Below are positions 26,060 to 36,473 of a stretch of DNA of 61,915 nucleotides, piece after piece. A program made the position numbers and the translations under genes. Source of the stretch: Minisyncoccia bacterium. GTDB taxonomy: Bacteria; Patescibacteriota; Minisyncoccia; Phycocordibacterales; UBA918. The stretch's first letter is position 1; each line of letters starts with the position of its first letter. The stretch lies in contig JBGSJJ010000011.1 in NCBI GenBank assembly GCA_041742075.1, positions 1-61,915 on the forward strand, read 5' to 3'. The notes under the pieces were generated by a model, which searched no databases, was not told where the DNA came from, and saw only the letters and a program-made list of their open reading frames with translations.

Positions 26060-26264
26060 AAGGTTCGAACCTTCTCCAATCTATACAGATTCCTTACAGG
26101 AACTGTCCACTCATTGGACCTTATGTTTCGCTTCACTTACAAAAGTTCCTCAATGAGTCTTGCGACAAGCTCCCAGCTTGTCTCACTATTCAGGTTGTAT
26201 GATATTTTTGCAAAATATCGACAACTTCTTGCGACAGTTTCCCAAACTGTCTCACCCGGCGCAC
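26060..26264 (+). repeat. tRNA-Tyr T-arm copy, two tandem type 2 modules and an acceptor-tail copy
   Basis: AAGGTTCGAACCTTCTCC; then CCTTACAGGAACTGT, P2 ACTCATTG...CAATGAGT, CTTGCGA, hairpin CAAGCT-ccc-AGCTTG and TCTCA; then hairpin TTGTATGATATTTT/AAAATATCGACAA, CTTGCGA, hairpin CAGTTT-ccc-AAACTG, TCTCA and CCCGGCGCAC. Confidence 0.75.
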
Positions 26265-26267
26265 TAC

Positions 26268-26298
26268 TTGACAAACTCCTTAAATAGTGTATTATAAT
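26268..26298 (+). promoter_or_regulatory. sigma70-like promoter (TTGACA ... TATTATAAT) 4 nt after the duplicated tail
   Basis: TTGACA 26268-26273. TATTAT 26290-26295 overlaps TATAAT 26293-26298. It points at the glycoside hydrolase gene. Confidence 0.55.
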
Positions 26299-26364
26299 GA
26301 AAATTCCTTCTGCCGTGAAATATTTGTCCTCACACAACGTCTTCGAACGGAATTGGTAATAACT

Positions 26365-27393
26365 ATGTCAAAATCGCTTAAAATCACCCTTTTTATCGTG
26401 CTTCTCTCAGCTTTAATAGCGGGGTCATTTTTTGTATGGATTAATTCCCTTAAAGCCGAACCGGGCGATATTGTCTGGGGAGTCACCTTCTCAGACAGCC
26501 AAGCCGAGTACCTAGGACTTAATGCAGACGAAACCTACTCGGCAATCATTAACGATCTTGGGGCTAAGCAGATTAAACTCCATGTCAACTGGAACGCAAC
26601 CGAACCAGAAGCTGGCGTACTTGATTTCAAGACTCTTGATAGACGCGTAAAAGAAGCCGAGGCAAACGATGTGAAGCTTATTATCGTTATTGGTATGAAA
26701 ACTGGGCGTTGGCCAGAATGCCACACTCCAGAGTGGTTTATGGATGTTCCTACAGACGAGCGTCAGGATATAGTGATTCAATATGTGCGCACCATAGTGG
26801 GAAGGTACCACGACTCTAAAGCAATTGAATACTGGCAAATCGAAAACGAACCGTTTCTTCAGTTCGGTACCTGTCCAAAGTGGTATTACGACCAAGGCAC
26901 AACTATGCTTGAAGCGGAAGTTGCTGCGGTACGTTCACTTGACCCAGCTCGTAAGATAATTGTTTCTGAGTCTGGTGAGCTTTCGACCTGGACCAAGGCA
27001 GCGGGTATTGCTGACGTAGTCGGAGTGACTATGTATCGTAGCAGTTGGGACGCTACAGAAAAAACGTTCGGTATCAATCCTTACACTTTCCTCGCGCCAG
27101 AATTTTACTCAGCCAAGTCAGCCTTCATTGAAAATACCTACGGCAAGCCGGTCTTTAGTATAGAACTGCAGGCAGAGCCCTGGGCTTCTCGTGGCCTGGC
27201 TGACGCCAGTCTGGCAGAACAAGACCAATCGATGAACGTCGAACTTTTCAAAGAGAATATCGAATTTGCGAGGGAAGCCGGACTTGATGCCTACTATTTT
27301 TGGGGAGCAGAGTGGTGGTACTGGATGAAGGTAAAACACAACCAACCAGAAATCTGGAACCATGCACAAGAATTGTTTACAGAGCAAAACTAG
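26365..27393 (+). CDS. membrane-anchored clan GH-A (GH5-like) glycoside hydrolase
   Basis: N-terminal TM anchor (MSKSLKITLFIVLLSALIAG), acid/base motif WQIENEP, and a later ELQAEPW. Confidence 0.65.
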   Translation: MSKSLKITLFIVLLSALIAGSFFVWINSLKAEPGDIVWGVTFSDSQAEYLGLNADETYSAIINDLGAKQIKLHVNWNATEPEAGVLDFKTLDRRVKEAEANDVKLIIVIGMKTGRWPECHTPEWFMDVPTDERQDIVIQYVRTIVGRYHDSKAIEYWQIENEPFLQFGTCPKWYYDQGTTMLEAEVAAVRSLDPARKIIVSESGELSTWTKAAGIADVVGVTMYRSSWDATEKTFGINPYTFLAPEFYSAKSAFIENTYGKPVFSIELQAEPWASRGLADASLAEQDQSMNVELFKENIEFAREAGLDAYYFWGAEWWYWMKVKHNQPEIWNHAQELFTEQN

Positions 27394-27468
27394 CAGAAAG
27401 TTTTAAAATCACTCAAATAGTTTTAAAAAATACACTTGGTCAAAACCAAGTGTATTTTAGTAACAGTA

Positions 27469-28056
27469 CTAATTCCTTAGGGCACGGAGTGCCTCCCCCC
27501 ACTTCACCAGTTGTTTTGCCATGGACTGCGCTTTTTCAGAATACTTGGCAAACATTGCTTCTGGATCAGTTCCGCCAAAATACATCGGGAAATAATCACT
27601 TCCTTCAAAGTGAATCGCTTCACGTATTGGCGCCATTTGGAGCTCAATTGCGTTTAGTCGCAATTGCTCGACTGCTCGAGCGCCACCCACACTACCGTAC
27701 GCTACAAACGCAATCGGCTTATTGCCCCACTCTTGATAGACCCAATCCAAGGCATTTTTAAGCACTGCTGAAGTCCCTCGGTTGTATTCCGGAGTAACAA
27801 CGACGAACGCTTCGCCCTCAGCAATTTTTTTAGTAAAGCGGGCTACCGCGTCATTAGTATATGGTTCTTGTTTAAAGCTCGGACTAACGGAGCTGTCAAA
27901 AAACGGCATTTCATAATCGCGTAAATCGAGCACCTCTACCTCAACGTTGTCGTGCTTTTTAAATTCTTCCGCAATCCACGTAGCGGCTTTGTCGCTAAAC
28001 CTCCCTTCGCGGGTACTTCCGGCTATAACTTTGATCACTAATTTTTTACTTTCCAT
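27469..28056 (-). CDS. NAD(P)H-dependent FMN reductase family protein
   Basis: VIAGSTREGRFSDK, VVVTPEYNRGTSAVLKNALDW. Confidence 0.85.
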   Translation of the reverse strand: MESKKLVIKVIAGSTREGRFSDKAATWIAEEFKKHDNVEVEVLDLRDYEMPFFDSSVSPSFKQEPYTNDAVARFTKKIAEGEAFVVVTPEYNRGTSAVLKNALDWVYQEWGNKPIAFVAYGSVGGARAVEQLRLNAIELQMAPIREAIHFEGSDYFPMYFGGTDPEAMFAKYSEKAQSMAKQLVKWGEALRALRN

Positions 28057-28098
28057 ATATTCAAAAACAAATTTTACTAAGACATACATGGTACCATT

Positions 28099-28162
28099 TA
28101 CTACTTTACAAAGTAAAGTAGTAACATATTAGAGAACAGTTACTTTACATTGTACAGTAACT
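28099..28162. promoter_or_regulatory. Candidate HxlR operator(s): two palindromes sharing TACTTTAC half-sites in the divergent promoter region
   Basis: TACTACTTTAC-aaa-GTAAAGTAGTA (28099-28123) and AGTTACT-n11-AGTAACT (28138-28162). Confidence 0.5.
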
Positions 28163-28187
28163 AATTTAATGCTAGGCTACACAAATC

Positions 28188-28487
28188 ATGCCAAGGAAAA
28201 CTACCCACAAGACGTGTGCGATTGCTAAAACTGTCTCACTCCTCTCTGACAGCTGGACGATGCTCATTATGCGTGCCTTAACAGAAAGTCCGAAGAGATT
28301 TTGTGAACTTGAGCGCTGGCTCGATGGCATCTCGACCCGTACCCTTACCCTCAAGCTAAAAAAACTGCAAGCTGACGGCATGCTTAAAAAGTCGAAAGAC
28401 GGTGTGTACTCAGCAACGAAAAAAGGAATGGGGTTACAGATTATCGAGGAAGCCATGATTAAGTACAGTACTCTGTATTTACGATAG
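28188..28487 (+). CDS. HxlR-family winged-helix transcriptional regulator
   Basis: CAIAKTVSLLSDSWTMLIMRAL...PKRFCELERWLDGISTRTLTLKLKKLQADGML. Confidence 0.85.
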   Translation: MPRKTTHKTCAIAKTVSLLSDSWTMLIMRALTESPKRFCELERWLDGISTRTLTLKLKKLQADGMLKKSKDGVYSATKKGMGLQIIEEAMIKYSTLYLR

Positions 28488-28585
28488 TTTAAAACATATC
28501 CTAAAATGTTTTGACGAATTGTCAGAAGCCAGATTATACCGTAGGCTAGTAGTTAGGAAGTTGTACCCCGAAGAGGAACCGGCCC

Positions 28586-29101
28586 ATGCGTACTCTCTTG
28601 ACGTACCTTACACTCTGCTTTTCTCTTGCATGGAGCGTCGCTTATGCCAGAACCCGTGAGGAAGACTGTGTCTTAAAGCTGGGCAGTGATATCCAGTCTC
28701 TCTCATCTAGACCTCAGATAGAAGGGTTCATAGAACGGCACATTGATTTCATGTACATTGTAAAGGAAGCCTACCGCAGAAATGCCAGTGCTAGTCAACC
28801 TGGTTGGGACTCACTGCCCAAAAGCCGGCAAAAGCTGTACAAAGAAGCCGCCATTGTTGAGATTGCCTCTGACATCATTCCGAGCCTGCAGGGTCAGAAT
28901 ATCGGCTCAATTAACCGGCTCACCACTTCAAATGGTAAAGCTGGGGGTCGGACAACGAAACGTGTATCAGGCCTAGTTGGCCGGACCGAAACAATTGTCG
29001 TACTATGGCCAAACGAATGCCGAATCGTGGATGCGAAATATAGTGAGTTTTCAGTTATAGGCAACATACAAGACAGGTTTGCTGGAATTAGATTTGACTG
29101 A
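28586..29101 (+). CDS. secreted hypothetical protein (171 aa), visibly GC-richer
   Basis: Signal peptide MRTLLTYLTLCFSLAWSVAYA. A TTGACG ... TATAC promoter-like site lies at about 28521-28550, and the terminator at 29108-29138 follows. Confidence 0.5.
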   Translation: MRTLLTYLTLCFSLAWSVAYARTREEDCVLKLGSDIQSLSSRPQIEGFIERHIDFMYIVKEAYRRNASASQPGWDSLPKSRQKLYKEAAIVEIASDIIPSLQGQNIGSINRLTTSNGKAGGRTTKRVSGLVGRTETIVVLWPNECRIVDAKYSEFSVIGNIQDRFAGIRFD

Positions 29102-29107
29102 ACCGCT

Positions 29108-29138
29108 GGCCGGAGCTTTGCTCCGGCCTCTTTTTTTT
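29108..29138 (+). terminator. Rho-independent terminator
   Basis: GGCCGGAGC-tttg-CTCCGGCC followed by TCTTTTTTTT. Confidence 0.8.
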
Positions 29139-29170
29139 AAAGAACCAAAACTGCTATACTGGCGGTACCT

Positions 29171-30733
29171 ATGGAAAAATACATCCGACCTATTCTATTC
29201 ACCACTGTTTTTCTTACTGGCGCTGGGGTACTGATTATGGAAGTCTCGGCAGTCCGTATGTTGGCCCCCTACTTTGGTTCGTCGCTCTATGTGCTGTCTA
29301 GTGTCCTCACGGTAGTTCTGTTTGCTTTAGCGCTTGGCTACTACTACGGCGGAAAGTTGTCTGACCGCTTTCCGTACCACCTTCCGTTATACGTGCTAAT
29401 TACGCTCGGGGGTCTTTCGTTACTTCTCATGACAGTCGTGGCTTCTTATACACTCCCAAACACAGCTGTCATGATGCCTCTTCTCCTCGGCCCACTTATG
29501 TACTCGATTGTGTTCTTCTTTCTTCCAGCTTTTTTACTTGGAATCGATTCCCCGTTTGTGATAAAACTTCTTTCACAAGAAACTACTGAAGCGGAGTCAG
29601 GGAGCGTCGTGGGGGCAACTTTTTTTTGGAGCACAGCCGGAAGCATTAGCGGTAGTCTCCTTTCAGGGTTTTTTCTCATCCCTACATTTGGACTCATTAT
29701 GACCATGACCATGACAGGTATAGTGATTGTTGCACTTGGTATTGGTGGCGGACTCGTACTGAGGACCATACTGCGTAAGCGAAAAAACTACGATCAGAGA
29801 AATGAGCTCCGGATGAAACCATTTATCCTTGGTGTGATTACACTACTCATCATCGTCACCTATCTTTTATTTACAAACCCCGCTTATGCCGATTCACTGT
29901 ACGCTAAAGACGGGTACTATGCCCACATCAATATATTTGACGGTAGTTACTTCGGCCAGACAGTGCGTTTCTTAAAGCAAGATACCAACAATTCCTCAGC
30001 AATATATCTCGAAAGTGACGAGTTGGTATATCCCTACACCCAGTTTAGCCACGTGTATAAGGAACTATTCCCCGAGCCAAAAAACTTTTTAATGCTGGCC
30101 GGTGGTGCCTACACTATTCCGCGAGCTCTCAACCAAGCCATGCCTGAACTCGAGATTGACGTCGTAGAAATTGAACCAGAGCTATTTGAACTGGCACATA
30201 CCTATTTTAAACTTCCGATTACTGACAAAATCCAAAACCACACCATGGACTCCCGTTCCTACTTAGCTCGAACAGACAGAACGTATGATTATATTTTTGT
30301 GGATACATTCTCAAGCGGTCACTTCGTACCACCACACTTAGTTACCAAAGAATTTTTGGAGCTCATGAAAGCGAGGCTTTCACCAAACGGTATTGTGGTA
30401 ATGAATTTTATCGCTTCTCGCCCAGTTGCTACCGAACGCTCACTGACTGGTTCGTTTACCAAAACCGTAGCCAGTGTGTTCTCTAATTTCTCTATCTATA
30501 CGATGCGTCGTGAAATACCCGAACAGCCCCAAAACCTCATGTATGTCATGAGAAATGGAGATGAATCTCTTGAACTGAGCGCAAGTAGTAGTGTACGCAT
30601 CAAAAACAGACAGGTACTGCTCTCAACTTTAAAACTTGACCCTAACTCACTTGTATCAACGTCAGACATTGTTTTTACTGATGACCACGCACCAGTAGAA
30701 ACGCTCCTGTTAAAGGAGCGTTTCCGGTTCTAA
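29171..30733 (+). CDS. fused polytopic membrane domain and spermidine-synthase-like aminopropyltransferase/methyltransferase
   Basis: About 6-8 N-terminal TM helices, then LMLAGGAYTIPRAL and YDYIFVDTFSS. Confidence 0.75.
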   Translation: MEKYIRPILFTTVFLTGAGVLIMEVSAVRMLAPYFGSSLYVLSSVLTVVLFALALGYYYGGKLSDRFPYHLPLYVLITLGGLSLLLMTVVASYTLPNTAVMMPLLLGPLMYSIVFFFLPAFLLGIDSPFVIKLLSQETTEAESGSVVGATFFWSTAGSISGSLLSGFFLIPTFGLIMTMTMTGIVIVALGIGGGLVLRTILRKRKNYDQRNELRMKPFILGVITLLIIVTYLLFTNPAYADSLYAKDGYYAHINIFDGSYFGQTVRFLKQDTNNSSAIYLESDELVYPYTQFSHVYKELFPEPKNFLMLAGGAYTIPRALNQAMPELEIDVVEIEPELFELAHTYFKLPITDKIQNHTMDSRSYLARTDRTYDYIFVDTFSSGHFVPPHLVTKEFLELMKARLSPNGIVVMNFIASRPVATERSLTGSFTKTVASVFSNFSIYTMRREIPEQPQNLMYVMRNGDESLELSASSSVRIKNRQVLLSTLKLDPNSLVSTSDIVFTDDHAPVETLLLKERFRF

Positions 30734-30754
30734 GTATGAATGAGAGGTGACTAC

Positions 30755-33475
30755 CTAGACTGAGACTGGGGTAGCTCTCTTTGTGCGAGTAATTTGAGCA
30801 GTTGCTTCCGTCTTCTTTTTTCGTGGAGTACGGGTACGTTCGATATCGAACTCAAGTTCACCTTTTTTAAGAGTGACCCGAACCACTCCACCCTGAAGCA
30901 TACCTTCCTGTACCATTTGAGAAGCAATCGGAGTCAAAATTTTGCTCTGAATAACTCGCTTGAGTGGTCGTGCTCCAAACTTAGGGTCGTACCCTTCAGT
31001 AGCCAGATACGCGTAGACTTCTTCGCTTACCGTAAGCTTAATATCTTTACCAGCTAGACGCTTAGCTACTTCTGCTACTTGGATCTCAACAATGTTTCGA
31101 ATAGTCTCCGGTGAAAGAATATCGAAGATGATTGTTTCATCGAGACGATTAAGAAACTCTGGCCGGAAATACAGCTTAAGACTTTCCATTACTTTATCTT
31201 TTGCTTGCACATACTGAGCTTTTTCACCTTTGTCTCTTGTAAAGCCAAAGTTCGACATACGGTCAATATGCTCAGCACCAATGTTTGACGTCATAATGAT
31301 GACGGTATTCTTGAAGTTTACCTTGCGTCCTTTGGCGTCAGTTAAGTGACCTGAGTCGAGTACCTGCAGAAGCACATTGAAGACTTCCGGATGAGCTTTT
31401 TCGATTTCATCGAGCAAGATAACTGCGTACGGTCGGTGACGGATTTTTTCCGTAATCGAACCTGCTTCTTCGTGACCAACGTAGCCTGGCGGAGCACCCA
31501 AGATTTTTGAAACCGAGTGCTTCTCCATAAATTCTGACATGTCGATTCGTACCAGGGCGTCTGTGTCATCAAACATGAATTCAGCCAGCGCTTTAGAAAG
31601 CTCAGTCTTACCAACGCCGGTTGGGCCGAGAAAGAGGAATGAGCCAATCGGTCGATTTGGGTCGGCAATTCCAGCTCTCGAACGTTTTACCGCGTCAGAC
31701 ACTAGCTTCACAGCGTGTTCTTGTCCAACCACTTTTTTATGCAGTTCTTCTTCCATCCGTGACAGCTTCTGTGCCTCTGCTTCGAGCATGCGCGAGACAG
31801 GTATACCAGTCCACCTTGAAACTACTGCGGCAATGTCTTCTTCAGTTACCTCTTCTTTAAGGAGACGACGACTACGTTGTAGTTTTTTGAGCTTTTGTTG
31901 CCGATCAAGAAGTTCGCGCTCTACCGCTGGGATAGTGTCGTAACGGATTTCTGCGGCTCTCGTGAGGTCAGCCATCGCTTCTGCACTTTCTGCTTCGAGC
32001 CTGAGTGTTTCAAGCTCTTTCTTGCGCGCACGTATTTCACCAAGCGCTACACGTTCATTGTTCCATTTCGTTTCAATGGCGGCTGTCTGTTCGCGCAACT
32101 CACCAATCTCTTTATCAATTTCTTTTAGTCGAACCGTGAGTTTGCGCTTAAGTAGCGGTTCAGCTACCACAGAGTCTTTTCGAAGTGCTTCGCGCTCTAT
32201 CTCAAGCCGACGTACACTCCGGTCTGACGCCACGAGTTCTTCTGGCTTGTTTTCAAGCGCAATCCGAAGTGCAGAGGCAGCTTCGTCGATTAGGTCAACT
32301 GCTTTGTCAGGCAAAAAACGATCACTAATGTAGCGACTTGAAAACTGCACCGCCGACACAATAGCGTCGTCAGTAATCCGAACACCATGAAAGAGTTCAT
32401 ACTTTTCGGCAATACCGCGCAAAATAGCGATAGCATCTGCTTCGTTCGGCTCCTGGACGTAGACTGGTTGGAAACGCCGAGTGAGTGCTGGGTCACGCTC
32501 AATATACTTTTGGTATTCTTTGAGTGTGGTGGCACCGATAATTCTTATTTCGCCACGAGCAAGGGCCGGCTTCAACATATTTGAAGCGTCCATGGAGCCT
32601 TCCGCTGCACCAGCTCCGACGATTGTGTGAAGCTCGTCGATAAACAAAATAATGTTTCCTTGTGCGGATTCAACTTCTTTCATCACTGCTTTGAGTCGTT
32701 CTTCAAACTCACCACGAAACTTTGTCCCAGCTACCAAGAGACCGAGGTCAAGGGTCAGAATTTCTTTTTCCTTAATTGACTCTGGTACATTCCCTTGACT
32801 AATCATTTGTGCGAGACCTTCAGCGATAGCTGTCTTACCGACACCAGCCTCGCCAATGAGGACTGGGTTGTTTTTGGTTCGCCTGGATAAAATCTGAATC
32901 ACTCGAGACACTTCGACGTCACGACCAATTACTGGATCGAGGTTATTTTCTTGAGCCAGTTTGGTTAAGTTACGAGTGTACTTTGAAAGAGCGCGGAATT
33001 TTTTTGGTTGCTGAGCATCAGAAACATTGTTTTCTCGAATGTCCGCGACCGCTTTCATGACCTGGTCACGGTCAACACCAGCTCGTCTCAAGGCTTCAGT
33101 GGCTGGCCCGGCCGATTCGATTCCAGCAACAAACAAGTGCTCAACACCCACGTATGAGTCACCAAGCTCAGTAGCAATTTGTCCTGACCGTTCGAGGGCC
33201 TTAGCAAGCTCAGGCGTAAGGTAAAGTTGGTAGGACTGAGAAACTGAAGATTGCATTTCTGGTGTTTCCAGTGATTCAAGCAAGACGTCGGTAAGCGCAA
33301 TAATGTCGATATCGAGTTGATCGAGAATAGAAATAACCGCACTCTCGTCTTGCATCGTAAGAGCGGTCAGCAAGTGAACTGGACTGACGTGATTCTGCCC
33401 ACGCTCAATCGCCAGCTCATGTGCTTTTCGAATGGCTTCTTTGGCACGTGAGGTAAAATTATTGAAGTTAGGCAT
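30755..33475 (-). CDS. clpB: ATP-dependent chaperone ClpB
   Basis: Two AAA+ modules (GEAGVGKTA and GPTGVGKTE), a middle coiled-coil, and the Clp N-domain beginning [15 protein letters not shown]. Confidence 0.95.
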   Translation of the reverse strand: MPNFNNFTSRAKEAIRKAHELAIERGQNHVSPVHLLTALTMQDESAVISILDQLDIDIIALTDVLLESLETPEMQSSVSQSYQLYLTPELAKALERSGQIATELGDSYVGVEHLFVAGIESAGPATEALRRAGVDRDQVMKAVADIRENNVSDAQQPKKFRALSKYTRNLTKLAQENNLDPVIGRDVEVSRVIQILSRRTKNNPVLIGEAGVGKTAIAEGLAQMISQGNVPESIKEKEILTLDLGLLVAGTKFRGEFEERLKAVMKEVESAQGNIILFIDELHTIVGAGAAEGSMDASNMLKPALARGEIRIIGATTLKEYQKYIERDPALTRRFQPVYVQEPNEADAIAILRGIAEKYELFHGVRITDDAIVSAVQFSSRYISDRFLPDKAVDLIDEAASALRIALENKPEELVASDRSVRRLEIEREALRKDSVVAEPLLKRKLTVRLKEIDKEIGELREQTAAIETKWNNERVALGEIRARKKELETLRLEAESAEAMADLTRAAEIRYDTIPAVERELLDRQQKLKKLQRSRRLLKEEVTEEDIAAVVSRWTGIPVSRMLEAEAQKLSRMEEELHKKVVGQEHAVKLVSDAVKRSRAGIADPNRPIGSFLFLGPTGVGKTELSKALAEFMFDDTDALVRIDMSEFMEKHSVSKILGAPPGYVGHEEAGSITEKIRHRPYAVILLDEIEKAHPEVFNVLLQVLDSGHLTDAKGRKVNFKNTVIIMTSNIGAEHIDRMSNFGFTRDKGEKAQYVQAKDKVMESLKLYFRPEFLNRLDETIIFDILSPETIRNIVEIQVAEVAKRLAGKDIKLTVSEEVYAYLATEGYDPKFGARPLKRVIQSKILTPIASQMVQEGMLQGGVVRVTLKKGELEFDIERTRTPRKKKTEATAQITRTKRATPVSV

Positions 33476-33594
33476 AAAGTAATTCCTGTTTCCAGATTCT
33501 AGTAATAACTCTAGTATAAAGCACGGGCGGGTTAAAAGGCGTTCGGACAACTGTTTACTCTATACGTTCTTTATATATTGCAACTAAACAAAGC

Positions 33595-34806
33595 TTAAGT
33601 CAAGAATGGTGTTGTCGATCGAACTTTTTCTATATGCTGTTGTAGTTTTGAAACAAAAACAGCAATTTCTTCTTTAGTGGTTTCTTTTCCCAACGTAATT
33701 CGAAGTGTAGTTTCCGCTCGTTTTGTGTCACCAGTAATGGTTCGTACGACCACACTTCCGCCACCACTACCGCTACTACAAGCACTTTTCGTTGCTACGG
33801 CAACACCCCACGCGTCAAGGGAAATAACCGCAAACTCTGCATCGACTCCTTTGATAGAAATGTTGATGTTGTTGGCGACTCGATGGCTCTGACTACCGTT
33901 TAACACCACGTCCGGAAGCGCGAGAAGAAGGGTAAGACAGTAGTCACGTAAGCCAGAAACTCGTATCGCCAGTTCAGTATGCTCATTTTGCGCATGTACG
34001 ATAGCTTCAACTGCCCCCACTACACCGGGAGTGTTTTCCGTTCCGGAGCGAAGACCAAACTCCTGTCCTCCGCCATACAGATAGGGCGAAAGTGTCACGC
34101 CGTGACGAAACGCCAGTACGCCGACTCCTTTGGGACCATAACACTTCCCCGCATCAAGCGACATAATATCCACCTGCATCGAAGGTAGCTGGCACGGAAG
34201 CCAAAGAGGAGCTTGCGCGGCGTCAGTGTGCACCACAATTTTGACTCCCTGCTCTACTTCAAAAGCCCGAACTACTCTGGAAAGTGCTCCAATGTCTTGC
34301 ACTACCCCGATTTCACTATTAACGTACGCGACACTGACTAACTTAGTTTTTTTAGACAGTAGTTCAGGAAGGGATTTAAGAATTAATCTTCCTTCAGAGT
34401 CAACCGGGATCATTTTAATTACTACCCCTTTCGCTTGCAGTGCCAAAAGTGGCTCCATGATGGAAGCGTGCTCAATTTCCGTGGTGATGACTTCTATGTC
34501 TTCGTATAAAGCACCAGCCTCACGACAGGCGTCAACGACTCCAAACAAAGCAAGATTATTGCTTTCAGTACCACTGCCGGTAAACACAATTCCAGACGAC
34601 CGAATCCCCAATGTCCGAGCGAGCCGAGTCCGGGCACCTTCAACCACTCTCTTAGCCGTTGCACCTTCTGTATGTATTGCACTCGGGTTGGCAAACTGGT
34701 TGCTCCAGAATGGCTCCATCGCTTGCTTCACCCGTTCGTCAAGCGGGGTGGCTGAAGCATAGTCCAAATATATGCGCTTTTTCTTCGGTTTTAGAAACTC
34801 AAACAT
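33595..34806 (-). CDS. cysteine desulfurase (NifS/IscS-like class V aminotransferase)
   Basis: IEHASIMEP, PLP-lysine context SLDAGKCYGPKGVG, C-terminal active-site region ATKSACSSG. Confidence 0.85.
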   Translation of the reverse strand: MFEFLKPKKKRIYLDYASATPLDERVKQAMEPFWSNQFANPSAIHTEGATAKRVVEGARTRLARTLGIRSSGIVFTGSGTESNNLALFGVVDACREAGALYEDIEVITTEIEHASIMEPLLALQAKGVVIKMIPVDSEGRLILKSLPELLSKKTKLVSVAYVNSEIGVVQDIGALSRVVRAFEVEQGVKIVVHTDAAQAPLWLPCQLPSMQVDIMSLDAGKCYGPKGVGVLAFRHGVTLSPYLYGGGQEFGLRSGTENTPGVVGAVEAIVHAQNEHTELAIRVSGLRDYCLTLLLALPDVVLNGSQSHRVANNINISIKGVDAEFAVISLDAWGVAVATKSACSSGSGGGSVVVRTITGDTKRAETTLRITLGKETTKEEIAVFVSKLQQHIEKVRSTTPFLT

Positions 34807-34972
34807 AGCTCAATATTCTCTCATCCTAGCATCCACTCCCACTTGCGTCACGGGTTCGGTTTGGTTAGGCCTACCTTTCCAAAGACAGTGAATTGTGGTA
34901 TTGTTTTCGGCACACATTACTGCCGGAACTACGGCTTTTTTGATTACCAGACCTTATACTCACAATCCTTAA

Positions 34973-36469
34973 ATGGCAAAGAAAATCTCCCTAAAAACTG
35001 ACTTCGTAAAACGACCACCGGTAGTGGTGGTGATGGGTCATATTGACCACGGAAAGTCGACGCTCCTTGACTACATTCGAAAAACTAACGTCGTTGGTGG
35101 CGAAGCCGGTGGTATTACCCAGCACCTCTCTGCCTACGTAGTTGAACATAAGACAAAAGACGGTGCTGATGAACGTATTACCTTTCTCGACACCCCAGGA
35201 CATGCTGCCTTTCAGCAAATGCGCCTCCGCGGAGCTGATGTAGCTGATATCGCCATCTTAATTGTTTCAGCTGAAGACGGTGTGAAACCTCAGACGCTTG
35301 AGGCACTCGAGTGTATTAAGTCTGCAAAAATTCCTTACATTGTTGCGATAAACAAAATCGATAAGTCGGGAGCTGACATCGTCCGTACCCAAACGAGTTT
35401 GATTGAAAACGAGATCTATATTGAAGGTATGGGTGGCGATATTCCATGGGTAGGTGTGTCAGCTAAAACTGGTGTCGGTATCTCTGACCTACTCGACCTC
35501 GTGGTACTTGCTTCTGACCTGGCCGAACTAACCGCCGATAGAAATGCCCCAGCGGAAGGCACGGTGATTGAAGGGTACTTAGACGGAAAACGCGGAACTA
35601 CCGCCACGCTCATTATCCAAAACGGTACTCTCAAGAGTGGAAGTTTTGTCGTAACAGGTCGCGCGTTTGCACCGGTCCGTATCATGGAAGACTTTGCCGG
35701 ACGAAGTATTAAAGAAGCCCATGTCTCAGAACCAGTAGCAGTAGTTGGTTTTAGTAGTACACCTAAGGTCGGTGAGCGGTTTGTAACTGTCGGTAGCAAA
35801 AAAGAGGCTGAGGTACTCGTCTCAGCGGTTGAAGGAAAAGTTGGTAATGAGTTCAAACGAACCACCCTACCTTTGGTACCAATTCTGATTAAAGCTGACA
35901 TGCTCGGTACCCTTGATGCGATTACGCATCAACTCGATACTTTTGAGTCTGACCGTATTTCCGTCCGGATAACCGAAGCGACAGTTGGCGACATTACGGT
36001 AACTGATGTCCAAAATGTAAGCGCTACTAAAAACGCTATCATTGTCGGTTTCAACGTAAAGGTTGAACGCGCCGCTCAAGAGCTAGCCGATAGACTCGGT
36101 GTAGAAATTGAGACCTTTAGTATTATTTATGAACTCGCTGACTGGCTTGAAACAGCGCTTAAGAACCGCACCCCTAAACTTGAAGAGGAAGTAAAAACAG
36201 GTACCGCTAAGATTCTCAAAGCCTTCAGTGTGCAAAAAAATACCCACGTACTGGGCGGTCGGGTTGAAGAAGGTACCCTTAAACTTAAGCAACTGGTACG
36301 AATCCTTCGTCGCGATATTGAGGTAGGTAAAGGAACACTCATCAACCTTCAGCAACTGAAGTCCGACGTCAGCGCAGTTAGTGAAGGCGAGTTTGGTATG
36401 CAGATCACGACCAGGGTAGATATCGCTCCAGGAGACCTGATTGAAACCTACGACACCATCATTACCTAA
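34973..36469 (+). CDS. infB: translation initiation factor IF-2 (short form lacking the N-terminal region)
   Basis: GTPase motifs GHIDHGKST, DTPGH, NKID. Confidence 0.93.
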   Translation: MAKKISLKTDFVKRPPVVVVMGHIDHGKSTLLDYIRKTNVVGGEAGGITQHLSAYVVEHKTKDGADERITFLDTPGHAAFQQMRLRGADVADIAILIVSAEDGVKPQTLEALECIKSAKIPYIVAINKIDKSGADIVRTQTSLIENEIYIEGMGGDIPWVGVSAKTGVGISDLLDLVVLASDLAELTADRNAPAEGTVIEGYLDGKRGTTATLIIQNGTLKSGSFVVTGRAFAPVRIMEDFAGRSIKEAHVSEPVAVVGFSSTPKVGERFVTVGSKKEAEVLVSAVEGKVGNEFKRTTLPLVPILIKADMLGTLDAITHQLDTFESDRISVRITEATVGDITVTDVQNVSATKNAIIVGFNVKVERAAQELADRLGVEIETFSIIYELADWLETALKNRTPKLEEEVKTGTAKILKAFSVQKNTHVLGGRVEEGTLKLKQLVRILRRDIEVGKGTLINLQQLKSDVSAVSEGEFGMQITTRVDIAPGDLIETYDTIIT

Positions 36470-36473
36470 CTAT

